From Amoebidium appalachense (taxonomy: Eukaryota; Protista; Ichthyosporea), in the NCBI GenBank assembly GCA_963693365.1, contig CAVNZM010000009.1, positions 4,966,245 through 5,030,244 on the forward strand: a stretch of 64,000 nt of DNA, read 5' to 3'. The position numbers and the translations under genes were made by a program. The notes beneath the pieces were generated by a model. It was given only the letters and a program-made list of their open reading frames with translations, did not search any database and was not told the DNA's origin. Shown here one piece after another: positions 43,620 through 62,672 of this stretch. Each line of letters starts with the position of its first letter. Position 1 is the first letter of the stretch.

Positions 43620-44864
43620 ATGTATATTTCGCACAAAGCGTTTTTGCTGGCTGCTGCGGCCTGTTCAGCCTCCGCTGCCCCCTTACAAGCTGCTAATTCG
43701 TGCTCAGTCTCCATCAACACACAATGTTTTCCAGACCTTGCATCCGCCGTAAGTGCCGCACCAGACGGCAGCACCATCACCGTATCACAAAACATAACCG
43801 TCCCCATAGAGGTCGCCTTTGACAAGAACCTATCGTTTGTAGGGCAGGGGTCACCACGTCCAACCATCAGCACCAACATGAATGTGGTAGAGGGAGCTAT
43901 TCTTCGTGCAACTGGAACAAACAACCAGACTCAGACCGTCTTGTTGTACAACCTGGCGTTTGAAAGCAACGGCGTGGGCTACTCCTCCGCGTTTCGCACG
44001 ACGGAGCTAGGTAACGGAGAATACCCAACACAGCCCACAAGCTTCACTAACCTATCCATTTCCTCATGTTCTTTCAAAAATTTCTACCAACTTTCGCGCG
44101 GCGGGTCGGCGGTTTTCGTGGGCATGCCTTCCAGTTTGGTTGTTACAAACAGTGAGTTCATCAACAACACTGTCGCGCGCATCGACACTCTGCGCTGGGA
44201 GGGCGGCGGCGCTTTTTGGGTGGCAGACCTCGAAGGGCCCGCAACTATCACAAACAACAGGTTCGAAAACAACACCCACCTGTACCAGCACGGATGTGGG
44301 GGTGCATTCATGGTGAACTACGCCAGCGACAACATGACAATCAGCAACAACTATTTTGTTCGCAACAGCGCGCCTGGTGGGGGTGCCGTGTATATCGGCA
44401 CCGTGGACGAGAACGCCACGACGATTATCAGCAACACGCAGTTTGTCGAAAACAACGCGACGGAATTCGGCTGGGGTTCGCGTGGTGGCGCTATGTGGGT
44501 GCAATACGTGGCGGGGAATCTGACCGTCAACCAAGGCACCAAATTCGTTGGAAATATGGCTCTGGCAGACAGGGGGGCCGCTATTGCAAACAACAAGATT
44601 TACTCCGGTGCTATTGTGGTTCTTCAGGCTGAGTTTGCGAACAATACGTGCTCTAAGGGCGCTTTTGCGTTTGACGCTGTATCCGATGATGCTTTCACCG
44701 ACGATTCTTTGCTTGTGCTTATGAGCGGCTCCACGTTTAAGAGTAACACTGGAGCGGAGGGGAAGGACTGGTTGGTGAGGATTGAAACCACAGAGGAGAA
44801 AAATGTTATCCATGTTTACGGCGAGGACTGGAAGGGGAAGACCATGGCTATCCATGACTCCTAA
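43620..44864 (+). CDS. Secreted right-handed beta-helix (Pmp-like GGA/FxxN repeat) protein
   Basis: Signal peptide; repeated FxxN...GGA[FVM]; intronless. Confidence 0.85.
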   Translation: MYISHKAFLLAAAACSASAAPLQAANSCSVSINTQCFPDLASAVSAAPDGSTITVSQNITVPIEVAFDKNLSFVGQGSPRPTISTNMNVVEGAILRATGTNNQTQTVLLYNLAFESNGVGYSSAFRTTELGNGEYPTQPTSFTNLSISSCSFKNFYQLSRGGSAVFVGMPSSLVVTNSEFINNTVARIDTLRWEGGGAFWVADLEGPATITNNRFENNTHLYQHGCGGAFMVNYASDNMTISNNYFVRNSAPGGGAVYIGTVDENATTIISNTQFVENNATEFGWGSRGGAMWVQYVAGNLTVNQGTKFVGNMALADRGAAIANNKIYSGAIVVLQAEFANNTCSKGAFAFDAVSDDAFTDDSLLVLMSGSTFKSNTGAEGKDWLVRIETTEEKNVIHVYGEDWKGKTMAIHDS

Positions 44865-46112
44865 ATGTCTAGATTTGTTTCGTGCGAGCTTTCCTGCTGC
44901 GGTAACTTAAGGCTAGCCTCTACCGCGTTTTTGTGAATGACCTTATCATATCATGCTGGTTTGGAAATGTTGCAACGGCGCTGAACAATGAAGAGAACAC
45001 ATTGTTCAGCGCCGTTGCAAGTTATTTACGTGATGCTCGTAGTCCTTTTTCCGAATGGAAGCACCACAAGTTTCGTAGAATTTTGCTAGATTTATTACTC
45101 GAGCGAGAGTCTTAAGTTAAACTTCGAACTACTCGAGCTCCCGCCTGGCGCGTGAGACTATTCGAAAAAATACATATTGCATTGTATTACCCCCCGGCAT
45201 TCCGTCTCTGCATGCATCGTTCAAACTTTCTGTGTGCTTCTACAGAGACTTCCTGCGGGAGCCTCTAGGCTTCCAATGCATAAAAGGGATCATAAACGGG
45301 TGGCAAGAAAAGAGGTGAGTGAACATAATGTACAATCGGAGCACGTCCATAAAAAACCATCAAGGCACATGAAGTGAGATCATGTAGGGCCGGTGAAGTG
45401 TTTTCCCTTTCTCCCTGTTACACTCCCGCAGCCTCCCGTTTTCCCCGCCCTTCCATAATTTGCCCACCATGCCTCTTGTACTCTTGTTTTTTCTCAGTCT
45501 GTCCCCCCAAATCCCCCCCTCCCCCCTCCCCCCCCCCCCCCCCCCTCCCCCCCCCTCCCTCCCTCCCTCGTCCCCCCTCTTCCCACCCCCACAGGCCCCC
45601 CGCCCCAGGCCCTCTCAACACTCACCCATTCACCCACCCACCCACCGATCTCTCCGCTAATGCCTTAACCACCACAAAACACTTGTTGCACTACCACATG
45701 ATCCTCCTTGTTCCCATGTAAATAAAGAAGATATAAGAGAAGGAAAGGAAATCGAACCTTTTTTCCTGAGGAGGAGGGGTGGGGGGGATGGGGGGGGGGG
45801 GGGGACTAAACTTGCAGAACCACCGCAGGTCACGTTAACACAACTAAATATAGCCACACAGCAAAGCAGAAGCACATCATACTGGAATTTGCACATTCAT
45901 TGCCCGGGGGAGGGGGGGGGGGGGGGGGGGGGGGGGAGGGGAGGGTAGGGGAGGGGAAGAGATGGTAGGTGATGGGAGAAGGGGGGGGAGGGGGAGGGGG
46001 GGGGGGGAGTGGGAGGGGAGGGGGTAGATTGACACTATCCGCCTGTGACATCCATGTGTCCCCCGGCCCTCATACTTTCACCCAACCACAGTGTCACCCT
46101 TAACCACCGTGC

Positions 46113-46146
<34 letters not shown>

Positions 46147-46307
46147 GGCATACACACACACCACACCTACTACACAAACGTCACGTAGAACAGAGCTCTG
46201 CACACATAAACGGCTTTCTGTGGATTTATGGGTTTGTAAAAGCACAGCCAAGGATGATAGACAGTCTAAGTAGGAGTTGATGTCGGAAAAGGTTTTTTTT
46301 TTTTTTT

Positions 46308-46354
<47 letters not shown>

Positions 46355-46935
46355 ACCCTCCACCCCTCGCCCGCCCTACCCCACCCCGTCTCTCCCTCCC
46401 CCACAGACCGCATGATCCTCCTTCCTTTTTAAGTGTGCGCACCAATCAACAACCCTCTGCCGGACATTTCTGTGATTAACAAAAAGCTATTCCATTGATA
46501 TATCCTTTCACTAGCACGATTTTAAGACCAACCTGTTACAGCCTCTCCTCTTTCGCTCCCCCCCCCCCTCCCCCCCCCCCCCCCCCCCCCCTTCCTCTCT
46601 CCCCCCCCCAGCCCCATGGCCACCGGGCCCATCCTCCCCAAACACACACGCACACACCTGTACACACACGTGTGCACACACGTGTGCACACAAACACAAT
46701 ATCCCCACAGACAAAAACGACCAACATGTGCTGAGGAGGCGTGCCGATAAAAGCAGGAAAAAAATTAGCCAAAATCTATAATTATAAAGATCAGAGACTA
46801 GAGAGGTGCTTTTAACTGAGTCCAAATGGCGCCGCAGCTTCCATCCCTCCAGCACCACGCGGCTCCACGGGACACGTTGTATCATAGTACTAAACGGTTT
46901 GTGTTCTGATGTGTACATGTGTGTGTGTGTGCGTG

Positions 46936-47022
<87 letters not shown>

Positions 47023-47062
47023 CTGTGTGACGGAGTGTGTGTGTGTATGTGTGTGTGTGTGT

Positions 47063-47120
<58 letters not shown>

Positions 47121-47240
47121 CGGTGTGTGTATCATAGTCACGGTGTGTGTGTGTGTGTGTGCATGTGTGTGTGGGCGTGTGCCCGTGTGTGTGTGGGGTC
47201 ACGTGGCCACGGGTGTGGGGGGTGGGGGTGGGGGGGGGTA

Positions 47241-47277
<37 letters not shown>

Positions 47278-47961
47278 ACTCTCTACTGTGTTTACTTCCT
47301 CCACCTCCATCTCAGCCTTTTCTGGTGGAACTAAATCCAAGAGGCCTTGCAAGACTAAATCCCAGGCACGGCCATCTAGAAACACCCGTGATCCCAGGCT
47401 TTACTGGAAAACATTTCCAGCCCTGATTCAAACCCTTACGCTGGTGAGCCACTCCACGACGTCACTCAACCTCGATAGCCGCGAAGCGGCTTTTCTTTTC
47501 ACACTTCAATCACTTTAGCACAAACACATGCATATGCAACTGCCAGAATTGCGTTGGGGTTTACTTACGCGCTTGGTAGGCATACTGTTGTGGTACCAAT
47601 CAGCTTTCAGAAACGTTTAAATTTGTGTGTGTGTCTTTTTCGGTACAAATACGTCGTGTTGCTCTGATGTTTAGTGCCCCTGCCAGCAAGTTCAACAATC
47701 TGAGCCGACTACGGGTTTTGACATCTCACGGCCAGTATGCTGTTACGAAGCAGCGCCAGAAGGAGGGCTGGCGTGTTTATTTCCTACCCCTTCCCCGTTC
47801 CCATCCTCCGTCGAGCTCATGCCCTCTAGTTGTAAACCCTTGCCTTTCCCTTTGAAGGGCCCATCAACGGGTTCGCATTCCTTCTGTGTCTCTCTCTGTG
47901 CTGGTCGTTGTCTCGGTCTCCCCCCCTCCCCCCCCCCCCCCCCCCCCCCTTCTCTCTCTCC

Positions 47962-47998
<37 letters not shown>

Positions 47999-48271
47999 TT
48001 TCCCATTTTCTCCCTTTCTTCCCTCCCCTCCCTCTCCCTCCCTCCCCCCTCCCTCCCCCTCTCCCTCCTTCACCCCCTCCCCCCCCCCCCCCCTTCCTCT
48101 TTCTCTCCCTCTCCCCCTCTCTCCCTCGGCCCCTCCCTCTCCCTCCCTCTCCTCTCCCCCTCCCTCCCCCTCCCCCCCCCTCTCTCTCCCCCTCTCCCCT
48201 CTCCCCCCCCCCCCCCCCCCCCTCTCTCTCCCTCCCCTCCTCTCTCTCTCTCTCCCCCTCTCTATCCCCCC

Positions 48272-48303
<32 letters not shown>

Positions 48304-49252
48304 ACCCCCCCCCCCCTCTCTTCTCCCCCCCTCCTTCTGTCTCTGTGTATATATATCCCTCCCCCCCCCACACACACACACCAGGCTTCCCCCTCTATTC
48401 ACCAGCCACGAACTGCACACATGCGGCAAGCAGACGTTTGCGGTTAACCCCCCCCCCCCCCCAAAAAAAAAAAAAAAAAAAAAAATACCCACACACACAT
48501 TCTATAGTTGGGTGGGAAACTAGGTGGTAATGCAGTGTGTGCTTTGCCTCTCAGCTGTCCTTTTTGTATGTTAGTACATGTCCTGCACGTTGCTAACTGT
48601 GTGTATATTTGCACGTGTTCCCGTCTACCCAAGCCTCCCCCCCCCCCCCCCCCCCCCTCCCTCTTTCTCCTTATTGCAACCTGTGGCCTTTTTCTTTTTC
48701 TCCTAGCTGGCTTTCAACCGTCCCCCCATAGCTCGAACAAACACACACTTGTGCAGTGCAAACCCTCATGCTGTGAACACACGCACAGTCTGCCTCTCTC
48801 CCCTATCCCTCGTCTTCTCCCTCCCCCTTCTCTCCCTCTCTCCCCTCCCCCCCCCCCCCCCCCCCCCCCCACACACACACACCCTTCTAAATATATCCAG
48901 ATATCTATATCATAATATATATGCACATGTATATCCATATGTTTATCTATATTTATATGTTTATGTATGTGTATATGTGTTGCCGACACAACACACATAT
49001 GTGCCCGCAGTGCTTGGTTTGTAGGTAAATCATTCTCCTTCCCCTTTTTTCTCGCCCTATCTAAATTCACCGGGTCAACCCGAGGGGAAGAGGGGGGGGG
49101 GGGGGGGGGGAGGCGGAATGGGATGGGGTTGGGGGCTGTTGAGGGGGGAAAAAGGATGAAATAGAAGTAGACCTTTTACAACACCGTTTGCAAGATATGT
49201 CCCCGCCGTTTTTGTGCATGTCCCAACCTGTCTGTAGCTCTTATTAACCAGT

Positions 49253-51130
49253 GTGTCCGCAGAGCATAGCCCCCTCCTGGCCCTCCCTCCCGAGCTGGTC
49301 ACTCACATCATCCGGTTTCCACCGTTGGATGACCGAAAGACGTTTTTGCTCGTCTGCCGCCAATTTTGCGCCCTCGCACGGTCTCCCCAGGCCGGGCTGA
49401 TTCGGATGACAATCGGTGAGATCAGTGTTGGTAGGAGAAGCAAGGTCAATCAGTTGTTTAGGTCGACAGCGTGGCATGCGGCAATCGGTACGGTGGTGCT
49501 CGACATTGATTATATGAGTATGAAGCATCCGGAGCAAGAAGAAGCATTCCGGGCTACCTTCCGCCAGATTCCGCTGCTTCCAAATTTGGAAAGCCTCCGC
49601 GTGATTTGAGTCTATGAATCGGATGCAAGATTCTGGACACCACTCGTCGAGTCACTGTTCGAAGCCGTCGGGAGCAAACTGAGGGCTGTCGAGCTTGACT
49701 TTGGCTACGCGGATGAAAGCACTAGCTTTGACACAATGTGGCGACTCGTCGGGAGCGTGTGGGAAAACTGCACCCGGATGGAAGAGTTGGTGGTGGATAT
49801 GACCACGGATTTGGACATCCAACCTCCACCACTTGCACCACACAGTACCCTAAAGCGACTGGACTATAAATCCGACACCGGTAGGCTGCTGAGGAGATTC
49901 CTTGCGGCATCCCCCAACCTCGACCGCATAAAGATCGAATCGAGGATCACTGAGTCGCTCGACCTGGCACAGTTACAGGTGTGCCCGAACCTCACCCACG
50001 TCCAAATGCACGTGGACAAAGGGTACTATATCCCTAGTCAGACAGCAGTAGTGATCCCCATGTTGCCCACATTGGAGGTGGTTGTGGTTGAAACGGGATG
50101 GCCTTTGGATGCAGAGTCGTTGGGGGCTTGCCCAAAGTTACGCCGTGTGACCCTAACCTGTTACTCGCTGCCATCTGATATGCCCGATTTTCAGACACAG
50201 CGGTTGGAGTCGTTTTCACTTGGTGTATACACGCAGCCGCATTCCATGCACACACTGACAAGTATGTCGTTTTTGTCAGCCCAGACACACACACTGAAAT
50301 TCCTGTCACTTTATGATGTTCGTAACATACACCTAGATGCACTCGCACCTTTTACGGCACTCACCAGCATTGAGCTACGTCGATGTAATGTAGAGACGAC
50401 TCATGGCGCCGCAGCAGGCAATGAGTTGGTTCTGGACCACTTCCCCCACCTTTCCGCCCTGCACCTTGAAAGGGTGTATAGTTTGTCATGCATGAAGGCA
50501 ACGTCTGTTCACAAGCACCTTAGGCGGGTAGTTTTGATCGAAACTTCTCATCGAAACGACCCAGGGTACAGATTTCTTGCCTTCTGCACTGCACTCGAAG
50601 AAATATTTAACGATCGAAAATGGTCCTTATGCCGACATGTGCCTTCTCCGCCCACCCATCTCTCTAGTTCGTCTTAATCTTTTAGACGTCGGCGGTGCTA
50701 CCCTTTTTCCGATCAACAACCCTGCGCTTCAGAGCCTCACCATTTATGATTGTGCATCCCTTCGTTCACTTGTAATGTTCCCGCTGCCGCCGGAGCGCTG
50801 ACCCATGTGGACCTGCAGAATTGCAACGAGTTGAAAAGTGTCGGCGTCATTATGCGCATACCTGCCATCCGATCCCTCACACTCGTCCGTGTGGGTAAAA
50901 TCCGCACGCTGAATGGTTTCACGGGCCATGAAAACCTGTGCAAGGTGTCGATTTTTTCGCCCGAAATCAGTATATTGGACTTTGCTTCGTGCCCCAAGAT
51001 TGGACTTGATTCAGTCAGCATGAACCCCCAGGGCGCTAGATCGGGCCTAGCTGGGGAAGTGGAGGAGCAAAAGAGGCGCATTGCTGACTTGCAGCGGGCA
51101 ATCACAAAGAGGCAGGCCTCTGGCAGCAGG
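49253..51130 (+). pseudogene. F-box/LRR pseudogene
   Basis: LLALPPELVTHII...LVCRQF F-box; in-frame TGA at 49607; CPNL/CPKL LRRs; frame changes near 50620 and 50795. Confidence 0.75.
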
Positions 51131-51412
51131 TACCTTCTCCTCTTCCCCCCTCCCCCCCCTCCCCCCCCCCCCCTCCCCTCCCCTTCACTACCCATCACCA
51201 CCACCATCACACACACACTCACACGCACACACACCCTGACACACGCCCTGACACACACACACAGAGACGCTTGCACTCACGCGCGCATGCATGCACACAC
51301 CCACACAAACACACACACCCACACACACACACGCGCGCGCGCGCGCCCCCGCCCGCCCGCCCGCCCGCCCGCCCGCGCCCGCGCACATGCACATGCACAT
51401 GCACATGCACAT

Positions 51413-51480
<68 letters not shown>

Positions 51481-51616
51481 ACACACGTGCGCACATACTC
51501 ACTTACTTGCTCGCTCGCTTCCTCGCTCACGCACTCGCACACACACGCCATTTTGATTTGTGGTTTGCGTTTCAGCTTGGAATTTGGTTTACCAATGTCT
51601 CACCGTGATTACTGTT

Positions 51617-51647
<31 letters not shown>

Positions 51648-51994
51648 CCCCCCACCCCCCATGAATGTGTACTTTGTCCTATGCAACATCATATTTTGTA
51701 AGACATTATCCCCCCCCCCCTCCCCCCCCCCCTCTCCCCCCCAAACACACACACACCTCAAAGTCCTATCTCTTTCTTTCTCCTTGAGCTCTCTCTCTTC
51801 CTCCCTCTCTCTCGGGCTCATTCACTCACCAAAGCAATGTATTTCTTCAGGTGAGGAACATTGGTTGGCAGCCAAGCCTCGGCACCTTCAGACATGATGG
51901 GTGCACCCCATGCACACCATGGTGACGTCAGCATCCACCATTGTTTTTCCTTTTTTCCTCTTTTCCCTTTTTCCTTTTTTTTTTTTTTGTGTGT

Positions 51995-52025
<31 letters not shown>

Positions 52026-52223
52026 GGGGGGGTGATGTGTATATCTGAAAGACTTGATGGTTGCTTTTATATAGCTTTGTACTATGCAAGGCGTTGCGAC
52101 TAAAAATTATGGGGTGTATTTTTTTGGCCATGTTTTGGTGATCGATATCCTTTTTATTTCATACATTCGAATTCCACATAGGCTGATGGCTAGCATATTA
52201 TGTTTGCGCTATTTAGGGAGGCA

Positions 52224-52283
<60 letters not shown>

Positions 52284-53674
52284 TATTGCACTCCAAATTT
52301 AGGGTACACTGTCTTTTTCGTTTATTTCTTTTTTTTTTCGGGGGGGGGGGGGGAGGAGGGGGGGCGGTTGGGATGGGGTGAGAGGGAGGGGGGAGGGGGG
52401 GGGGGGGGGGCTGCTTATGTAAAAGGCTTGATTTCCTTATGTATCTAAAAGGTTTGAGAATTTAAGTCGTAGAACCTTCAGAATTTCTGTTTTATGGCTG
52501 CTAGCATGTAAATATATCTATACATCATATTGTATGTGTGTGTATACGCTTGGGCTAAGTCCCACTAAACAGTTTCCAAACTTGAAGTTTCTAAAGATAC
52601 CCTTGTGCCCGACGTGTTACTCAAGACCTAGGATTTCATGTTAACAGTCTGTGGGTGTGGATGGGACCATTACAGGTGCATAAAAAAAAAAATCACATCT
52701 AGAACTGTTACAGCGCTGGAAAACGCAGTAGGCCGTCGAATGTGGCTGGGCCTCCGGCAGTGTCCACGCAATTAAAAGTGTGTAAACCCCCAACTGTACA
52801 GCTGTTTGATGTGTTGACAGAGGGCGTGGCAGTGGCCAATAAAGTAGGCATTGGTCTTGTGTGCTACATATCACATTGTGGGTGGTACACAAGCACACAT
52901 GTACCCCTCCCCCCCACCTCATCCCCACGCACACATCCCCACACCGCGACAGGCATCTAATATTAGTATGCAAACACGCGAACATTGACACACACACACC
53001 GTGACATGTACACGCAAACACACAAACATAACACACATAACACACACCGTGTGGCCCAAAGTTTTGGATGTTTGACTTTTGAGTATGGTACATGCACCTA
53101 TAGCTACCCTGCTTCAAAATAAGTTCGTACGCGTTGCACAATGTATCTTTGTGGAAGAACGCCACACATTTCAACGTTCGTGCACGACCAGTTCACGTTC
53201 CTTGTAAGATATGGCAGCACATTACTCCAAAGAATGGATGACATTCGTGTGCAGATGAATTGTGTGTGCGTGCGCGTGTGCGTATGTTGGTGTCCAAGCT
53301 TCTGAGTGAGAGCATTCATGTGTGTCACTGAACTCGAGCACTGAGTGTCCGTGCGGTTCAACAGTGTGTGTGTGTGTGTGTGTGGGTGGGTGTGTGTGTG
53401 TATGTTGGTCAATGACGTTAGAAAGAGTGCGTGTCTGTCCCCCCCCCCCCCCCCCCCCCCCCCCCCTCTCTCTCTCTCTTCTTTTTTTTCCCTTTTCCTT
53501 TTTTTTTTTATTGGCAGGGGGGGGGGGGGGGAAGGGGGGGATTTGGTTTGCATTCGAGCTTTTTTTTATATTTAAAAGTCAGCGTAATTTCTGTTTTAAA
53601 TTATTGCCGGCAGCCCGTTCAGCCCGGTTGTGCTTGATATTCTGGAGAGGTAGCAATGCTGCTAATGAAAGATG

Positions 53675-53706
<32 letters not shown>

Positions 53707-53740
53707 ACCACCACCACCACCACCACCACCACCACCAGCA

Positions 53741-53772
<32 letters not shown>

Positions 53773-53934
53773 CACATGGAAAACACACCACACACCACAC
53801 ACACCACAGTCTCTCTCTCTCTAGATCTCCCTCCCTCCCTCTCTCTCTCTCTCTAAGATACCCATTGCTTCATTTCCCTATCGTGATTAGCTCCATTTCG
53901 ATTTTACACCGACTAACAGCCACAGGCACTGTAG

Positions 53935-54310
53935 GGCTCTCAAAAAGACAGAACTACTAATAGCACTACAGGCTATAAATAGAACTGTAGAACTATATAG
54001 AGCACTGCAGACCTATAAATAGCACTGAATGCCTATAAACAGCACTACAGACCTATAAATAGCACTACAAGCCCATAAATAGCATTACAGAACTATAAAT
54101 AGCACTATAGAACTATAAATTGCACTACAAGCCTCTAAATAGTACTACATAACTATAAATAGCACTATATATATAGAACTATAAATTGCACTACAAGCCT
54201 CTAAATAGTACTACAGAACTATAAATAGCACTACAAGCCTCTAAATAGCACTACAGAACTATAAACAGAACTTCAAGCTTCTAAATAGCACTACAGGCCT
54301 ATGAATAGCA

Positions 54311-54320
<10 letters not shown>
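53935..54320. repeat. ~19-bp AT-rich minisatellite
   Basis: ACTATAAATAGCACTACAG-like units. Confidence 0.85.
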
Positions 54321-59038
<4,718 letters not shown>

Positions 59039-59785
59039 CTGTGTTGTGGGTGTATATTTGTTAGAGATGGGAAACAAAAAAGGGAAACCGAAGACGGATA
59101 AGGCAGAGTAGAATTACACCTGGAGAAAGCGAGGGAGGGGAAGAGGGCGGGAGGGAGGGAGGGGAGGGAGGGAGGGGAGGAGGGGTTGTGGGGGAAGGGG
59201 GGGGAGGGGGGAGGGGGAGAGGGGGGAAGTAGAACAAGGAGAGAAAGATTGGGAGAGAGGGAGGGCAAGCGAGAGAAGAGGTGCGAGGAGGAAGCAGAGA
59301 GAGAGGAGCAGGAAGGAGTTGATAAGAGAAGGAATGTGGATGGGCACTTCTGCCACGAGAGTGAACTTTTGAGCTTGTGCAAAAACTAAAGTTCAGGTGC
59401 GAATTTTGATGGGTGGAGCATCAGAGGGGGAAACGGGAAAGGGGGCCGATGGAGGAGGGGGGTGGGGAGAAGGAGGGGAGGGGACAGGGGCGAGGGGCGG
59501 AGGGCAGGAGGGGAGAGGGGGGGGGGGAGGGGGGGGGGGGGGGGGTTGAATGTAAGTAGCCCTTTGAAAACGGTGCGAGGGGCATTGAGAGAAAGCGACA
59601 ATGAAAATCGCAGCAATGAAACGACACAACCACGCACGTCCGGCGGGGGCTTCAACAAGACTGCAGGGTTGGTCAGAAAAGCACCCCAATAAACCCTACT
59701 CGACATACCTGTGGAAGCTGGCGGTCGCTGATGTCCAGAAGGGTATTGGCGTCGGAAAACATTTTCTCGTTTACGTTTACGGTTA

Positions 59786-59821
<36 letters not shown>

Positions 59822-61166
59822 AGACCTCTCTCTCTCTCTCGTTGCTCCCTCGCTTTCGAATAGCAGGTGATGATGACCGAGCTCGCTGTCTCCGAGTTGA
59901 GCTGCCAAGAGGCCGATATCATAAGACCCCGGCACGATTCCAAAATATAAATTTTTGGTAACGGGAATGTGCTCTCTTCATTGTTAGCAAATAAGGTTTT
60001 CTTGTTCAATACTACAGCTATTAAACTTTCTAGGGTTTTAGATTTTGGCGCCAAATTGAAAATCGATTTCCCCCCGACCGTCTATGATACTACTCTTGAA
60101 GCTGGACACAACTGGCGCCCGGCAGAAACAGCACAACTAAGACCTGAAGTGCAGTGAATAGGGGGCATTGTTCTCTTGCTAGTGAGATACGGGCATGTGT
60201 AAGTTACGTTGGTTTGCGCGTTTCTGATGTGGTGAGGTAGGCTGCTCTACCGCGGACTGGCTTAGCTGATCTCGTATTCCTGAAACAGAGCCCAACCACC
60301 ACCGACTCGGAGCTAGTTTTCGAAGCGCCACCGTAGTTTGCTTATCCACATCAATAACAGCTTGCAGTTTTACAGTTTTATAATTTATGACACCACTTTT
60401 ACTTCGTCACACACTGTTCTACTACACCCTGAGGTGGAGGAGACCCTGCTGTCTGGCCCAAGCTTGGGGCCATGCTATGTAGATAGCTTGAAAAGGACAC
60501 ACGTGGTGTCCTTCCGGAAAACAGGTAGGCACAAATGATTTTTTCTAGTTGTTCTACTGCTGGATTATTTCTGTCTCACTCTTCTTTTCTTTTTTGTTAG
60601 GGGGGGGGGGGGAGGGGAGGGGGGATGGGGTGGGGGTGGGGGGGGGGGAGGGGGATGGGGTGGGTGGGGGGGGGGGGGGGGGGATCGGGGGATGGGAGGG
60701 CGGGGGAGGGGGAGGGGGAGGCAGGAGGGGGTAAGTCGAGGCAGGGGCGGTGAGGGGAGGGGGGGGGGGGGGGGGAGGGGGGGGGGTATAGAGTGGAAGG
60801 GAAAGAGGAGGGTAAAGGGGGGAGAAGTTTGAAATGGATAAGTGTGAGTAGGTGACGTACCAAGGAAAGGGTGATTGAGGGGCTGCGCTTGGTTACGTGG
60901 GCTTCACGAAATCCTCACAGCATTGACTGTCTTGTCCAGAACTGTTACTATTCAAAGTACACCCTTCCCTGTTGCACTAGCAACGGCGAACTTCACTCTC
61001 TGGTTATTATGGGTTGCCTGACACACTGGATAGTTGTTCATGCAAATTATTTTTCTGTATCCTGGATCATCCACTCAATATCGTTGATGTGACACCCCTC
61101 ACGCTCTACCTACTCGCTTGTTGTTCTGACGGTTGTGTTGTCTTAATTGGTTCGTATCCAGGAAAA

Positions 61167-61399
61167 ATGTGGAGGGGGATGGACAAGCGGGGTCTTGTCA
61201 AGGCGGAGCTGAGACGTGCAGCCAAGGATTCCTATGACCGAGGTTTATACCAATCGGCACAATGGTAAGTGCTCTCCTGAAATGCAGATCGCAGGCCAAG
61301 TTTCAAAGTTATGTGAGATCGTTAATTGACCTGGAGAGAGGCAATTTCCACTTGCACGTCTATCCACCATAATTCTTCCTTCCAGAGTCCCCCGTAACC

Positions 61400-61477
<78 letters not shown>

Positions 61478-61496
61478 ACCCAAAAAAAACAAATAA

Positions 61497-61556
<60 letters not shown>

Positions 61557-62038
61557 GTGTGTGTGTGGGGGGTGTGGGGGGGGGGGGGGGGGGGGGGGAG
61601 GGGGGAGGACGACAACACACGCCCACCCTGAAAATCCTGAAGCCAACCAATACTGGCACTCGTTAAAGCGTTATAACCTCCCCCTTTTTCTTCTTCACTA
61701 ATTTTTATTCATGCCTTCCGTGGTGTATCTACTCTGTTCACTTTTCTTCTCCTTTTCTTTTTGTTCATGCCAACCATAGTGTGTGCATCTTGAACGAACT
61801 CTCCGGTCCTTTTCCTGGCCGTCTTGAATTTTTTTCCCTCCACTAATTTGCTTCCGTCATCCCCCTCCTCCCCTCCCCTCCCACCCTCTTCTTCGTCCTC
61901 TTCTCTCTTTTCTTTCCTTTCTTTTTTTTTCCCCCCAGGTCCAACGAGCATGCACGGGCCATCCACTGCCCTACCCCATGTCCGTTTTCTGCCCCTCAAT
62001 ACGACCCCCAGTTCCAAGAAGAGTATGACCTATATATG
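61167..62038 (+). CDS. CDC23: Anaphase-promoting complex subunit 8, first two exons
   Basis: Exon 61167-61264 ELRRAAKDSYDRGLYQSAQW; exon 61939-62038 SNE...QEEYDLYM; GT-AG, phase consistent. Confidence 0.75.
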
Positions 62039-62095
62039 GTAAACCCCCTCCCCCACCCCCACCACCCGTGCGCGCACAGACACACACACACACAC

Positions 62096-62138
<43 letters not shown>

Positions 62139-62266
62139 AGACACAGACACACACACAATCACACTCACACTCACTCATACCCACGGCTCACACACTCACA
62201 CTCACATTTAGATTCAAACACTCAGGCGTACGCACACGCGCACGAACTCATGCACACGCATGCACA

Positions 62267-62332
<66 letters not shown>

Positions 62333-62536
62333 ACAGGCCTACGCACGTGCACACACATGCACGCACACACACACACCAACTTGTGCACGGACACTCAGAG
62401 GCATAGCACACACACACACACATGCACACATGAGAACACACACCACACATACACGTAAACACACATACACAGTAGGGAGACAGAGAGAGAGCGGGCGTGA
62501 GTGAAGAGAGAGAGAGAGAGTGAGCGAGCGAGAGAG

Positions 62537-62577
<41 letters not shown>

Positions 62578-62636
62578 GGGCGGGGGAGGGGGGATGAGGG
62601 AGAGAGAAAGAGGGGGGGGAGAGAGATGACTACACA

Positions 62637-62672
<36 letters not shown>

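Noticed and set aside
47280-47515. Possible isolated exon (FLDGRAWDLVLQGLLDLVPP)
   Set aside because: No recognisable family and no coherent gene model
60200-60340. Possible structured ncRNA between ELP6 and CDC23
   Set aside because: No tRNA, snRNA or snoRNA signature that I can confirm; would need Infernal/Rfam
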